Below are positions 12,301 through 27,604 of a stretch of 64,000 nt of DNA, in pieces. Each line of letters starts with the position of its first letter. The stretch's first letter is position 1. Under the pieces are notes generated by a model, which was given only the letters and a program-made list of their open reading frames with translations, searched no databases and was not told where the DNA came from. Source of the DNA: Lingula anatina (taxonomy: Eukaryota > Animalia > Brachiopoda); assembly GCA_051362555.1 (NCBI GenBank), contig CM120641.1, positions 23,814,401 to 23,878,400 of the forward strand, given 5' to 3'. The position numbers and the translations under genes were made by a program.

Positions 12301-12915
12301 CCAAACACACCTACCTGACACAATATTGAAGAAAAAAAAATTTTCATCCCTACCTGGCCAAAATTGAAGAAAACTGCCATATCCGGACCTTACAAAAATC
12401 ACTCAAAATCACCCAAAAATGACCCGTCACCAATTTTTCCAAAAAGTGATGAAAATCAATTTACCACACCTATCATTCATAAAAAATGTGGAAACGCACC
12501 CGGATCACTTCATTAAAGCCCCCAATTTCAGCTTTAAAGATTGCCAGAAAGCACACCTGAGAACAGGATTTGGAGAGTGGGGGGGTGGAGAGAGTTTTTG
12601 CTCTATTTCTTCCTTACTAATGATACAACCACTCTTTCAGTACTTTACCCTCACTACAAATGACCAAACACACCTACCTGACACAATATTGAAGAAAAAA
12701 AATTTTCATCCCTACCTGGCCAAAATTGAAGAAAACTGCCATATCCGGACCTTACGAAAATCACTCAAATTCACCCAAAAATGACCCGTCACCAATTTTT
12801 CCAAAAAGTGATGAAAATCAATTTACCACACCTATCATTCATAAAAAATGTGGAAACGCGCCCGGATCACTACATTAAAGCCCCCAATTTCAGCTTTAAA
12901 GATTGCAAGAAAGCA
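9397..12915 (+). repeat. Copy of 1..~3520 at offset 9396 bp (26 monomers)
   Basis: Starts 137/851/1212/1575/2660/3023 match 9533/10247/10608/10971/12056/12419. The rare SNP 'attgagg' was seen only at ~1486 and ~10882. Confidence 0.88.
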
Positions 12916-13142
12916 CACCTGAGAACAGGATTTGGAGAGGGGGGGGGTGGAGAAAGATTTTGCTCTATTTCTTCCTTAATAATGATACAACCACTCTTTC
13001 AGTACCTTACCCTCACTACAAATGACCAAACACACCTACCTGACACAATATTGAAGAAAAAAAATTTTCATCCCTACCTGGCCAAAATTGAAGAAAACTG
13101 CCAAACCCGGACCTTACGAAAATCACTCAAAATCACCCAAAA

Positions 13143-16100
13143 ATGACCCGTCACAAATTTTTCCAAAAAGTTATGAAAATCAATTAACCACACCTATCAT
13201 TCATAAAAAATGTGGAAAAGCGCCCGGATCACTACATTAAAGCCCCCAATTTCAGCTTTAAAGATTGCAAGAAAGCACACCTGAGAACAGGATTTGGAGA
13301 GGGGGGGGTGGAGAGAGTTTTTGCTCTATTTCTTCCTTAATAATGATACAACCACTCTTTCAGTACTTTACCCTCACTACAAATGACCAAACACACCTAC
13401 CTGACACAATATTGAAGAAAAAAAATTTTCATCCCTACCTGGCCAAAATTGAAGAAAACTGCCATATCCGGACCTTACGAAAATCACTCAAAATCACCCA
13501 AAAATGACCCGTCACAAATATTTCCAAAAAGTGATGAAAATCAATTTACCACACCTATCATTCATAAAAAATGTGGAAACGCGCCCGGATCACTTCATTA
13601 AAGCCCCCAATTTCAGCTTTAAAGATTGCCAGAAAGCACACCTGAGAACAGGATTTGGAGAGTGGGGGGGTGGAGAGAGTTTTTGCTCTATTTCTTCCTT
13701 ACTAATGATACAACCACTCTTTCAGTACTTTACCCTCACTACAAATGACCAAACACACCTACCTGACACAATATTGAAGAAAAAAAATTTTCATCCCTAC
13801 CTGGCCAAAATTGAAGAAAACTGCCATATCCGGACGTTACGAAAATCACTCAAAATCACCCAAAAATGACCCGTCACCAATTTTTCCAAAAAGTGATGAA
13901 AATCAATTTACCACACCTATCATTCATAAAAAATGTGGAAACGCGCCCGGATCACTACATTAAAGCCCCCAATTTCAACTTTAAAGATGGCAAGAAAGCA
14001 CACCTGAGAACAGGATTTGGAGAGGGGGGGTGGAGAGAGTTTTTGCTCTATTTCTTCCTTAATAATGATACAACCACTCTTTCAGTACTTTACCCTCACT
14101 ACAAATGACCAAACACACCTACCTGACACAATATTGAAGAAAAAAAATTTTCATCCCTACCTGGCCAAAATTGAAGAAAACTGCCATATCCGGACCTTAC
14201 GAAAATCACTCAAAATCACCCAAAAATGACCCGTCACCAATTTTTCCAAAAAGTGATGAAAATCAATTTACCACACCTATCATTCATAAAAAATGTGGAA
14301 ACGTGCCCAGATAACTTCATTAAAGCCCCCAATTTCAGCTTTAAAGATTGCCAGAAAGCACACCTGAGAACAGGATTTGGAGAGTGGGGGGGTGGAGAGA
14401 GTTTTTGCTCTATTTCTTCCTTACTAATGATACAACCACTCTTTCAGTACTTTACCCTCACTACAAATGACCAAACACACCTACCTGACACAATATTGAA
14501 GAAAAACATTTTTCATCCCTACCTGGCCAAAATTGAAGAAAACTGCCATATCCGGACCTTACGAAAATCACTCAAAATCACCCAAAAATGACCCGTCACA
14601 AATTTTTCCAAAAAGTTATGAAAATCAATTTACCACACCTATCATTCATAAAAAATGTGGAAACGCGCCCGGATCACTTCATTAAAGCCCCCAATTTCAG
14701 CTTTAAAGATTGCCAGAAAGCACACCTGAGAACAGGATTAGGAGAGGGGGGGGGGTGGAGAGAGTTTTTGCTCTATTTCTTCCTTAATAAAGATACAACC
14801 ACTATTTCAGTACTTTACCCTCACTACAAATGACCAAACACACCTACCTGACACAATATTGAAGAAAAAAAATTTTCATCCCTACCTGGCCAAAATTGAA
14901 GAAAACTGCCATATCCGGACCTTACAAAAATCACTCAAAATCACCCAAAAATGACCCATCACCAATTTTTCCAAAAAGTGATGAAAATCAATTTACCACA
15001 CCTATCATTCATAAAAAATGTGGAAACGCACCCGGATCACTTCATTAAAGCCCCCAATTTCAGCTTTAAAGATTGCCAGAAAGCACACCTGAGAACAGGA
15101 TTTGGAGAGTGGGGGGGTGGAGAGAGTTTTTGCTCTATTTCTTCCTTACTAATGATACAACCACTCTTTCAGTACTTTACCCTCACTACAAATAACCAAA
15201 CACACCTACCTGACACAATATTGAAGAAAAACATTTTTCATCCCTACCTGGCCAAAATTGAAGAAAACTGCCATATCCGGACCTTACAAAAATCACTCAA
15301 AATCACCCAAAAATGACCCGTCACCAATTTTTCCAAAAAGTGATGAAAATCAATTTACCACACCTATCATTCATAAAAAATGTGGAAACGCACCCGGATC
15401 ACTTCATTAAAGCCCCCAATTTCAGCTTTAAAGATTGCCAGAAAGCACACCTGAGAACAGGATTTGGAGAGTGGGGGGATGGAGAGAGTTTTTGCTCTAT
15501 TTCTTCCTTACTAATGATACAACCACTCTTTCAGTACTTTACCCTCACTACAAATGACCAAACACACCTACCTGACACAATATTGAAGAAAAAAAATTTT
15601 CATCCCTACCTGGCCAAAATTGAAGAAAACTGCCATATCCGGACCTTACGAAAATCACTCAAATTCACCCAAAAATGACCCGTCACCAATTTTTCCAAAA
15701 AGTGATGAAAATCAATTTACCACACCTATCATTCATAAAAAATGTGGAAACGCGCCCGGATCACTACATTAAAGCCCCCAATTTCAGCTTTAAAGATTGC
15801 AAGAAAGCACACCTGAGAACAGGATTTGGAGAGGGGGGGTGGAGAGAGTTTTTGCTCTATTTCTTCCTTAATAATGATACAACCACTCTTTCAGTACTTT
15901 ACCCTCACTACAAATGACCAAACACACCTACCTGACGCAATATTGAAGAAAAAAAATTTTCATCCCTACCTGGCCAAAATTAAAGAAAACTGCCATATCC
16001 GGACCTTACGAAAATCACTCAAAATCACCCAAAAATGACCCGTCACCAATTTTTCCAAAAAGTGATGAAAATCAATTTACCACACCTATCATTCATAAAA

Positions 16101-17800
16101 AATGTGGAAACGTGCCCAGATAACTTCATTAAAGCCCCCAATTTCAGCTTTAAAGATTGCCAGAAAGCACACCTGAGAACAGGATTTGGAGAGGGGGGGG
16201 GTGGAGAAAGATTTTGCTCTATTTCTTCCTTAATAATGATACAACCACTCTTTCAGTACCTTACCCTCACTACAAATGACCAAACACACCTACCTGACAC
16301 AATATTGAAGAAAAAAAATTTTCATCCCTACCTGGCCAAAATTGAAGAAAACTGCCAAACCCGGACCTTACGAAAATCACTCAAAATCACCCAAAAATGA
16401 CCCGTCACAAATTTTTCCAAAAAGTTATGAAAATCAATTAACCACACCTATCATTCATAAAAAATGTGGAAAAGCGCCCGGATCACTACATTAAAGCCCC
16501 CAATTTCAGCTTTAAAGATTGCAAGAAAGCACACCTGAGAACAGGATTTGGAGAGGGGGGGGTGGAGAGAGTTTTTGCTCTATTTCTTCCTTAATAATGA
16601 TACAACCACTCTTTCAGTACTTTACCCTCACTACAAATGACCAAACACACCTACCTGACACAATATTGAAGAAAAAAAATTTTCATCCCTACCTGGCCAA
16701 AATTGAAGAAAACTGCCATATCCGGACCTTACGAAAATCACTCAAAATCACCCAAAAATGACCCGTCACAAATATTTCCAAAAAGTGATGAAAATCAATT
16801 TACCACACCTATCATTCATAAAAAATGTGGAAACGCGCCCGGATCACTTCATTAAAGCCCCCAATTTCAGCTTTAAAGATTGCCAGAAAGCACACCTGAG
16901 AACAGGATTTGGAGAGTGGGGGGGTGGAGAGAGTTTTTGCTCTATTTCTTCCTTACTAATGATACAACCACTCTTTCAGTACTTTACCCTCACTACAAAT
17001 GACCAAACACACCTACCTGACACAATATTGAAGAAAAAAAATTTTCATCCCTACCTGGCCAAAATTGAAGAAAACTGCCATATCCGGACGTTACGAAAAT
17101 CACTCAAAATCACCCAAAAATGACCCGTCACCAATTTTTCCAAAAAGTGATGAAAATCAATTTACCACACCTATCATTCATAAAAAATGTGGAAACGCGC
17201 CCGGATCACTACATTAAAGCCCCCAATTTCAACTTTAAAGATGGCAAGAAAGCACACCTGAGAACAGGATTTGGAGAGGGGGGGTGGAGAGAGTTTTTGC
17301 TCTATTTCTTCCTTAATAATGATACAACCACTCTTTCAGTACTTTACCCTCACTACAAATGACCAAACACACCTACCTGACACAATATTGAAGAAAAAAA
17401 ATTTTCATCCCTACCTGGCCAAAATTGAAGAAAACTGCCATATCCGGACCTTACGAAAATCACTCAAAATCACCCAAAAATGACCCGTCACCAATTTTTC
17501 CAAAAAGTGATGAAAATCAATTTACCACACCTATCATTCATAAAAAATGTGGAAACGTGCCCAGATAACTTCATTAAAGCCCCCAATTTCAGCTTTAAAG
17601 ATTGCCAGAAAGCACACCTGAGAACAGGATTTGGAGAGTGGGGGGGTGGAGAGAGTTTTTGCTCTATTTCTTCCTTACTAATGATACAACCACTCTTTCA
17701 GTACTTTACCCTCACTACAAATGACCAAACACACCTACCTGACACAATATTGAAGAAAAACATTTTTCATCCCTACCTGGCCAAAATTGAAGAAAACTGC
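13143..17800 (+). repeat. Second and third copies of the 4-monomer block first seen at 6640 (offsets 6503 and 3254 bp)
   Basis: Markers 'ggaaaagcgc', 'cacaaatatttcc' and 'ttcaact...gatggc' occur in the same order at 6640/7001/7363, 13143/13504/13866 and 16397/16758/17120. Confidence 0.85.
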
Positions 17801-20800
17801 CATATCCGGACCTTACGAAAATCACTCAAATTCAACCAAAAATGACCCGTCACCAATTTTTCCAAAAAGTGATGAAAATCAATTTACCACACCTATCATT
17901 CATAAAAAATGTGGAAACGCGCCCGGATCACTACATTAAAGCCCCCAATTTCAGCTTTAAAGATTGCAAAAAAGCACACCTGAGAACAGGATTTGGAGAG
18001 GGGGGGGTGGAGAGAGTTTTTGCTCTATTTCTTCCTTAATAATGATACAACCACTCTTTCAGTACTTTACCCTCACTACAAATGACCAAACACACCTACC
18101 TGACACAATATTGAAGAAAAAAAATTTTCATCCCTACCTGGCCAAAATTGAAGAAAACTGCCATATCCGGACCTTACGAAAATCACTCAAAATCAACCAA
18201 AAATGACCCGTCACCAATTTTTCCAAAAAGTGATGAAAATCAATTTACCACACCTATCATTCATAAAAAATGTGGAAACGTGCCCAGATAACTTCATTAA
18301 AGCCCCCAATTTCAGCTTTAAAGATTGCAAGAAAGCACACCTGAGAACAGGATTTGGAGAGGGGGGGGTGGAGAGAGTTTTTGCTCTATTTCTTCCTTAA
18401 TAATGATACAACCACTCTTTCAGTACTTTACCCTCACTACAAATGACCAAACACACCTACCTGACACAATATTGAAGAAAAAAAATTTTCATCCCTACCT
18501 GGCCAAAATTGAAGAAAACTGCCATATCCGGACCTTACAAAAATCACTCAAAATCACCCAAAAATGACCCGTCACCAATTTTTCCAAAAAGTGATGAAAA
18601 TCAATTTACCACACCTATCATTCATAAAAAATGTGGAAACGAGCCCGGATCACTTCATTAAAGCCCCCAATTTCAGCTTTAAAGATTGCCAGAAAGCACA
18701 CCTGAGAACAGGATTTGGAGAGGGGGGGGGGGGGTGGAGAGAGTTTTTGCTCTATTTCTTCCTTAATAAAGATACAACCACTCTTTCAGTACTTTACCCT
18801 CACTACAAATGACCAAACACACCTACCTGACACAATATTGAAGAAAAAAAATTTTCATCCCTACCTGGCCAAAATTGAAGAAAACTGCCTTACAAAAATC
18901 ACTCAAAATCACCCAAAAATGACCCGTCACCAATTTTTCCAAAAAGTGATGAAAATCAATTTACCACACCTATCATTCATAAAAAATGTGGAAACGCACC
19001 CGGATCACTTCATTAAAGCCCCCAATTTCAGCTTTAAAGATTGCCAGAAAGCACACCTGAGAACAGGATTTGGAGAGTGGGGGGGTGGAGAGAGTTTTTG
19101 CTCTATTTCTTCCTTACTAATGATACAACCACTCTTTCAGTACTTTACCCTCACTACAAATGACCAAACACACCTACCTGACACAATATTGAAGAAAAAA
19201 AATTTTCATCCCTACCTGGCCAAAATTGAAGAAAACTGCCAAACCCGGACCTTACGAAAATCACTCAAAATCACCCAAAAATGACCCGTCACAAATTTTT
19301 CCAAAAAGTGATGAAAATCAATTTACCACACCTATCATTCATAAAAAATGTGGAAACGTGCCCAGATAACTTCATTAAAGCCCCCAATTTCAGCTTTAAA
19401 GATTGCCAGAAAGCACACCTGAGAACAGGATTTGGAGAGTGGGGGGGTGGAGAGAGTTTTTGCTCTATTTCTTCCTTACTAATGATACAACCACTCTTTC
19501 AGTACTTTACCCTCACTACAAATGACCAAACACACCTACCTGACACAATATTGAAGAAAAACATTTTTCATCCCTACCTGGCCAAAATTGAAGAAAACTG
19601 CCATATCCGGACCTTACGAAAATCACTCAAATTCAACCAAAAATGACCCGTCACCAATTTTTCCAAAAAGTGATGAAAATCAATTTACCACACCTATCAT
19701 TCATAAAAAATGTGGAAACGCGCCCGGATCACTACATTAAAGCCCCCAATTTCAGCTTTAAAGATTGCAAAAAAGCACACCTGAGAACAGGATTTGGAGA
19801 GGGGGGGGTGGAGAGAGTTTTTGCTCTATTTCTTCCTTAATAATGATACAACCACTCTTTCAGTACTTTACCCTCACTACAAATGACCAAACACACCTAC
19901 CTGACACAATATTGAAGAAAAAAAATTTTCATCCCTACCTGGCCAAAATTGAAGAAAACTGCCATATCCGGACCTTACGAAAATCACTCAAAATCAACCA
20001 AAAATGACCCGTCACCAATTTTTCCAAAAAGTGATGAAAATCAATTTACCACACCTATCATTCATAAAAAATGTGGAAACGTGCCCAGATAACTTCATTA
20101 AAGCCCCCAATTTCAGCTTTAAAGATTGCAAGAAAGCACACCTGAGAACAGGATTTGGAGAGGGGGGGGTGGAGAGAGTTTTTGCTCTATTTCTTCCTTA
20201 ATAATGATACAACCACTCTTTCAGTACTTTACCCTCACTACAAATGACCAAACACACCTACCTGACACAATATTGAAGAAAAAAAATTTTCATCCCTACC
20301 TGGCCAAAATTGAAGAAAACTGCCATATCCGGACCTTACAAAAATCACTCAAAATCACCCAAAAATGACCCGTCACCAATTTTTCCAAAAAGTGATGAAA
20401 ATCAATTTACCACACCTATCATTCATAAAAAATGTGGAAACGAGCCCGGATCACTTCATTAAAGCCCCCAATTTCAGCTTTAAAGATTGCCAGAAAGCAC
20501 ACCTGAGAACAGGATTTGGAGAGGGGGGGGGGGGGGTGGAGAGAGTTTTTGCTCTATTTCTTCCTTAATAAAGATACAACCACTCTTTCAGTACTTTACC
20601 CTCACTACAAATGACCAAACACACCTACCTGACACAATATTGAAGAAAAAAAATTTTCATCCCTACCTGGCCAAAATTGAAGAAAACTGCCTTACAAAAA
20701 TCACTCAAAATCACCCAAAAATGACCCGTCACCAATTTTTCCAAAAAGTGATGAAAATCAATTTACCACACCTATCATTCATAAAAAATGTGGAAACGCA

Positions 20801-21082
20801 CCCGGATCACTTCATTAAAGCCCCCAATTTCAGCTTTAAAGATTGCCAGAAAGCACACCTGAGAACAGGATTTGGAGAGTGGGGGGGTGGAGAGAGTTTT
20901 TGCTCTATTTCTTCCTTACTAATGATACAACCACTCTTTCAGTACTTTACCCTCACTACAAATGACCAAACACACCTACCTGACACAATATTGAAGAAAA
21001 AAAATTTTCATCCCTACCTGGCCAAAATTGAAGAAAACTGCCAAACCCGGACCTTACGAAAATCACTCAAAATCACCCAAAA
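17480..21082 (+). repeat. 5-monomer higher-order repeat, 2 tandem copies (period ~1801 bp)
   Basis: Starts 17480/17842/18203/18564/18919 match 19281/19643/20004/20365/20721. Both copies have the deletion monomer and very long G-tracts (G13 and G14). Confidence 0.87.
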
Positions 21083-24000
21083 ATGACCCGTCACAAATTT
21101 TTCCAAAAAGTGATGAAAATCAATTTACCACACCTATCATTCATAAAAAATGTGGAAACGCACCCGGATCACTTCATTAAAGCCCCCAATTTCAGCTTTA
21201 AAGATTGCCAGAAAGCACACCTGAGAACAGGATTTGGAGAGTGGGGGGATGGAGAGAGTTTTTGCTCTATTTCTTCCTTACTAATGATACAACCACTCTT
21301 TCAGTACTTTACCCTCACTACAAATGACCAAACACACCTACCTGACACAATATTGAAGAAAAAAATTTTTCATCCCTACCTGGCCAAAATTGAAGAAAAC
21401 TGCCATATCCGGACCTTACGAAAATCACTCAAATTCACCCAAAAATGACCCGTCACCAATTTTTCCAAAAAGTGATGAAAATCAATTTACCACACCTATC
21501 ATTCATAAAAAATGTGGAAACGCGCCCGGATCACTACATTAAAGCCCCCAATTTCAGCTTTAAAGATTGCAAGAAAGCACACCTGAGAACAGGATTTGGA
21601 GAGGGGGGGGTGGAGAGAGTTTTTGCTCTATTTCTTCCTTAATAATGATACAACCACTCTTTCAGTACTTTACCCTCACTACAAATGACCAAACACACCT
21701 ACCTGACACAATATTGAAGAAAAAAAATTTTCATCCCTACCTGGCCAAAATTGAAGAAAACTGCCATATCCGGACCTTACGAAAATCACTCAAAATCACC
21801 CAAAAATGACCCGTCACCAATTTTTCCAAAAAGTGATGAAAATCAATTTACCACACCTATCATTCATAAAAAATGTGGAAACGCGCCCAGATCACTTCAT
21901 TAAAGCCCCCAATTTCAGCTTTAAAGATTGCCAGAAAGCACACCTGAGAACAGGATTTGGAGAGTGGGGGGGTGGAGAGAGTTTTTGCTCTATTTCTTCC
22001 TTACTAATGATACAACCACTCTTTCAGTACTTTACCCTCACTACAAATGACCAAACACACCTACCTGACACAATATTGAAGAAAAACATTTTTCATCCCT
22101 ACCTGGCCAAAATTGAAGAAAACTGCCATATCCGGACCTTACGAAAATCACTCAAAATCACCCAAAAATGACCCGTCACAAATTTTTCCAAAAAGTTATG
22201 AAAATCAATTTACCACACCTATCATTCATAAAAAATGTGGAAACGCACCCGGATCACTTCATTAAAGCCCCCAATTTCAGCTTTAAAGATTGCCAGAAAG
22301 CACACCTGAGAACATGATTTGGAGAGGGGGGGGGGGTGGAGAGAGTTTTTGCTCTATTTCTTCCTTAATAAAGATACAACCACTCTTTCAGTACTTTACC
22401 CTCACTACAAATGACCAAACACACCTACCTGACACAATATTGAAGAAAAAAAATTTTCATCCCTACCTGGCCAAAATTGAAGAAAACTGCCATATCCGGA
22501 CCTTACAAAAATCACTCAAAATCACCCAAAAATGACCCGTCACCAATTTTTCCAAAAAGTGATGAAAATCAATTTACCACACCTATCATTCATAAAAAAT
22601 GTGGAAACGCACCCGGATCACTTCATTAAAGCCCCCAATTTCAGCTTTAAAGATTGCCAGAAAGCACACCTGAGAACAGGATTTGGAGAGTGGGGGGGTG
22701 GAGAGAGTTTTTGCTCTATTTCTTCCTTACTAATGATACAACCACTCTTTCAGTACCTTACCCTCACTACAAATGACCAAACACACCTACCTGACACAAT
22801 ATTGAAGAAAAAAAATTTTCATCCCTACCTGGCCAAAATTGAAGAAAACTGCCATATCCGGACCTTACGAAAATCACTCAAAATCAACCAAAAATGACCC
22901 GTCACCAATTTTTCCAAAAAGTGATGAAAATCAATTTACCACACCTATCATTCATAAAAAATGTGGAAACGTGCCCAGATAACTTCATTAAAGCCCCCAA
23001 TTTCAGCTTTAAAGATTGCAAGAAAGCACACCTGAGAACAGGATTTGGAGAGGGGGGGGTGGAGAGAGTTTTTGCTCTATTTCTTCCTTAATAATGATAC
23101 AACCACTCTTTCAGTACTTTACCCTCACTACAAATGACCAAACACACCTACCTGACACAATATTGAAGAAAAAAAATTTTCATCCCTACCTGGCCAAAAT
23201 TGAAGAAAACTGCCATATCCGGACCTTACAAAAATCACTCAAAATCACCCAAAAATGACCCGTCACCAATTTTTCCAAAAAGTGATGAAAATCAATTTAC
23301 CACACCTATCATTCATAAAAAATGTGGAAACGAGCCCGGATCACTTCATTAAAGCCCCCAATTTCAGCTTTAAAGATTGCCAGAAAGCACACCTGAGAAC
23401 AGGATTTGGAGAGGGGGGGGGGGGTGGAGAGAGTTTTTGCTCTATTTCTTCCTTAATAAAGATACAACCACTCTTTCAGTACTTTACCCTCACTACAAAT
23501 GACCAAACACACCTACCTGACACAATATTGAAGAAAAAAAATTTTCATCCCTACCTGGCCAAAATTGAAGAAAACTGCCATATCCGGACCTTACGAAAAT
23601 CACTCAAATTCAACCAAAAATGACCCGTCACCAATTTTTCCAAAAAGTGATGAAAATCAATTTACCACACCTATCATTCATAAAAAATGTGGAAACGCGC
23701 CCGGATCACTACATTAAAGCCCCCAATTTCAGCTTTAAAGATTGCAAAAAAGCACACCTGAGAACAGGATTTGGAGAGGGGGGGGTGGAGAGAGTTTTTG
23801 CTCTATTTCTTCCTTAATAATGATACAACCACTCTTTCAGTACTTTACCCTCACTACAAATGACCAAACACACCTACCTGACACAATATTGAAGAAAAAA
23901 AATTTTCATCCCTACCTGGCCAAAATTGAAGAAAACTGCCATATCCGGACCTTACGAAAATCACTCAAAATCAACCAAAAATGACCCGTCACCAATTTTT

Positions 24001-27000
24001 CCAAAAAGTGATGAAAATCAATTTACCACACCTATCATTCATAAAAAATGTGGAAACGTGCCCAGATAACTTCATTAAAGCCCCCAATTTCAGCTTTAAA
24101 GATTGCCAGAAAGCACACCTGAGAACAGGATTTGGAGAGGGGGGGGGGTGGAGAAAGATTTTGCTCTATTTCTTCCTTAATAATGATACAACCACTCTTT
24201 CAGTACCTTACCCTCACTACAAATGACCAAACACACCTACCTGACACAATATTGAAGAAAAAAATTTTTCATCCCTACCTGGCCAAAATTGAAGAAAACT
24301 GCCAAACCCGGACCTTACGAAAATCACTCAAAATCACCCAAAAATGACCCGTCACAAATTTTTCCAAAAAGTTATGAAAATCAATTAACCACACCTATCA
24401 TTCATAAAAAATGTGGAAACGCGCCCGGATCACTACATTAAAGCCCCCAATTTCAGCTTTAAAGATTGCAAGAAAGCACACGTGAGAACAGGATTTGGAG
24501 AGGGGGGGGTGGAGAGAGTTTTTGCTCTATTTCTTCCTTAATAATGATACAACCACTCTTTCAGTACTTTACCCTCACTACAAATGACCAAACACACCTA
24601 CCTGACACAATATTGAAGAAAAAAAATTTTCATCCCTACCTGGCCAAAATTGAAGAAAACTGCCATATCCGGACCTTACGAAAATCACTCAAAATCACCC
24701 AAAAATGACCCGTCAAAAATATTTCCAAAAAGTGATGAAAATCAATTTACCACACCTATCATTCATAAAAAATGTGGAAACGCGCCCGGATCACTTCATT
24801 AAAGCCCCCAATTTCAGCTTTAAAGATTGCCAGAAAGCACACCTGAGAACAGGATTTGGAGAGTGGGGGGGTGGAGAGAGTTTTTGCTCTATTTCTTCCT
24901 TACTAATGATACAACCACTCTTTCAGTACTTTACCCTCACTACAAATGACCAAACACACCTACCTGACACAATATTGAAGAAAAACATTTTTCATCCCTA
25001 CCTGGCCAAAATTGAAGAAAACTGCCATATCCGGACGTTACGAAAATCACTCAAAATCACCCAAAAATGACCCGTCACAAATTTTTCCAAAAAGTTATGA
25101 AAATCAATTTACCACACCTATCATTCATAAAAAATGTGGAAACGCGCCCGGATCACTTCATTAAAGCCCCCAATTTCAGCTTTAAAGATTGCCAGAAAGC
25201 ACACCTGAGAACAGGATTTGGAGAGGGGGGGGGGGGGTGGAGAGAGTTTTTGCTCTATTTCTTCCTTAATAAAGATACAACCACTCTTTCAGTACTTTAC
25301 CCTCACTACAAATGACCAAACACACCTACCTGACACAATATTGAAGAAAAAAAATTTTCATCCCTACCTGGCCAAAATTGAAGAAAACTGCCATATCCGG
25401 ACCTTACAAAAATCACTCAAAATCACCCAAAAATGACCCGTCACCAATTTTTCCAAAAAGTGATGAAAATCAATTTACCACACCTATCATTCATAAAAAA
25501 TGTGGAAACGCACCCGGATCACTTCATTAAAGCCCCCAATTTCAGCTTTAAAGATTGCCAGAAAGCACACCTGAGAACCGGATTTGTAGAGTGGGGGGGT
25601 GGAGAGAGTTTTTGCTCTATTTCTTCCTTACTAATGATACAACCACTCTTTCAGTACCTTACCCTCACTACAAATGACCAAACACACCTACCTGACACAA
25701 TATTGAAGAAAAAAAATTTTCATCCCTACCTGGCCAAAATTGAAGAAAACTGCCATATCCGGACCTTACGAAAATCACTCAAATTCAACCAAAAATGACC
25801 CGTCACCAATTTTTCCAAAAAGTGATGAAAATCAATTTACCACACCTATCATTCATAAAAAATGTGGAAACGCGCCCAGATCACTTCATTAAAGCCCCCA
25901 ATTTCAGCTTTAAAGATTGCCAGAAAGCACACCTGAGAACAGGATTTGGAGAGTGGGGGGGTGGAGAGAGTTTTTGCTCTATTTCTTCCTTACTAATGAT
26001 ACAACCACTCTTTCAGTACTTTACCCTCACTACAAATGACCAAACACACCTACCTGACACAATATTGAAGAAAAACATTTTTCATCCCTACCTGGCCAAA
26101 ATTGAAGAAAACTGCCATATCCGGACCTTACAAAAATCACTCAAAATCACCCAAAAATGACACGTCACCAATTTTTCCAAAAAGTGATGAAAATCAATTT
26201 ACCACACCTATCATTCATAAAAAATGTGGAAACGCACCCGGATCACTTCATTAAAGCCCCCAATTTCAGCTTTAAAGATTGCCAGAAAGCACACCTGAGA
26301 ACAGGATTTGGAGAGTGGGGGGGTGGAGAGAGTTTTTGCTCTATTTCTTCCTTACTAATGATACAACCACTCTTTCAGTACTTTACCCTCACTACAAATG
26401 ACCAAACACACCTACCTGACACAATATTGAAGAAAAAAAATTTTCATCCCTACCTGGCCAAAATTGAAGAAAACTGCCATATCCGGACCTTACGAAAATC
26501 ACTCAAATTCAACCAAAAATGACCCGTCACCAATTTTTCCAAAAAGTGATGAAAATCAATTTACCACACCTATCATTCATAAAAAATGTGGAAACGCGCC
26601 CGGATCACTACATTAAAGCCCCCAATTTCAGCTTTAAAGATTGCAAAAAAGCACACCTGAGAACAGGATTTGGAGAGGGGGGGGTGGAGAGAGTTTTTGC
26701 TCTATTTCTTCCTTAATAATGATACAACCACTCTTTCAGTACTTTACCCTCACTACAAATGACCAAACACACCTACCTGACACAATATTGAAGAAAAAAA
26801 ATTTTCATCCCTACCTGGCCAAAATTGAAGAAAACTGCCATATCCGGACCTTACGAAAATCACTCAAAATCAACCAAAAATGACCCGTCACCAATTTTTC
26901 CAAAAAGTGATGAAAATCAATTTACCACACCTATCATTCATAAAAAATGTGGAAACGTGCCCAGATAACTTCATTAAAGCCCCCAATTTCAGCTTTAAAG

Positions 27001-27604
27001 ATTGCCAGAAAGCACACCTGAGAACAGGATTTGGAGAGGGGGGGGGGGTGGAGAAAGATTTTGCTCTATTTCTTCCTTAATAATGATACAACCACTCTTT
27101 CAGTACCTTACCCTCACTACAAATGACCAAACACACCTACCTGACACAATATTGAAGAAAAAAATTTTTCATCCCTACCTGGCCAAAATTGAAGAAAACT
27201 GCCAAACCCGGACCTTACGAAAATCACTCAAAATCACCCAAAAATGACCCGTCACAAATTTTTCCAAAAAGTTATGAAAATCAATTAACCACACCTATCA
27301 TTCATAAAAAATGTGGAAACGCGCCCGGATCACTACATTAAAGTCCCCAATTTCAGCTTTAAAGATTGCAAGAAAGCACACGTGAGAACAGGATTTGGAG
27401 AGGGGGGGGTGGAGAGAGTTTTTGCTCTATTTCTTCCTTAATAATGATACAACCACTCTTTCAGTACTTTACCCTCACTACAAATGACCAAACACACCTA
27501 CCTGACACAATATTGAAGAAAAAAATTTTTCATCCCTACCTGGCCAAAATTGAAGAAAACTGCCATATCCGGACCTTACGAAAATCACTCAAATTCACCC
27601 AAAA

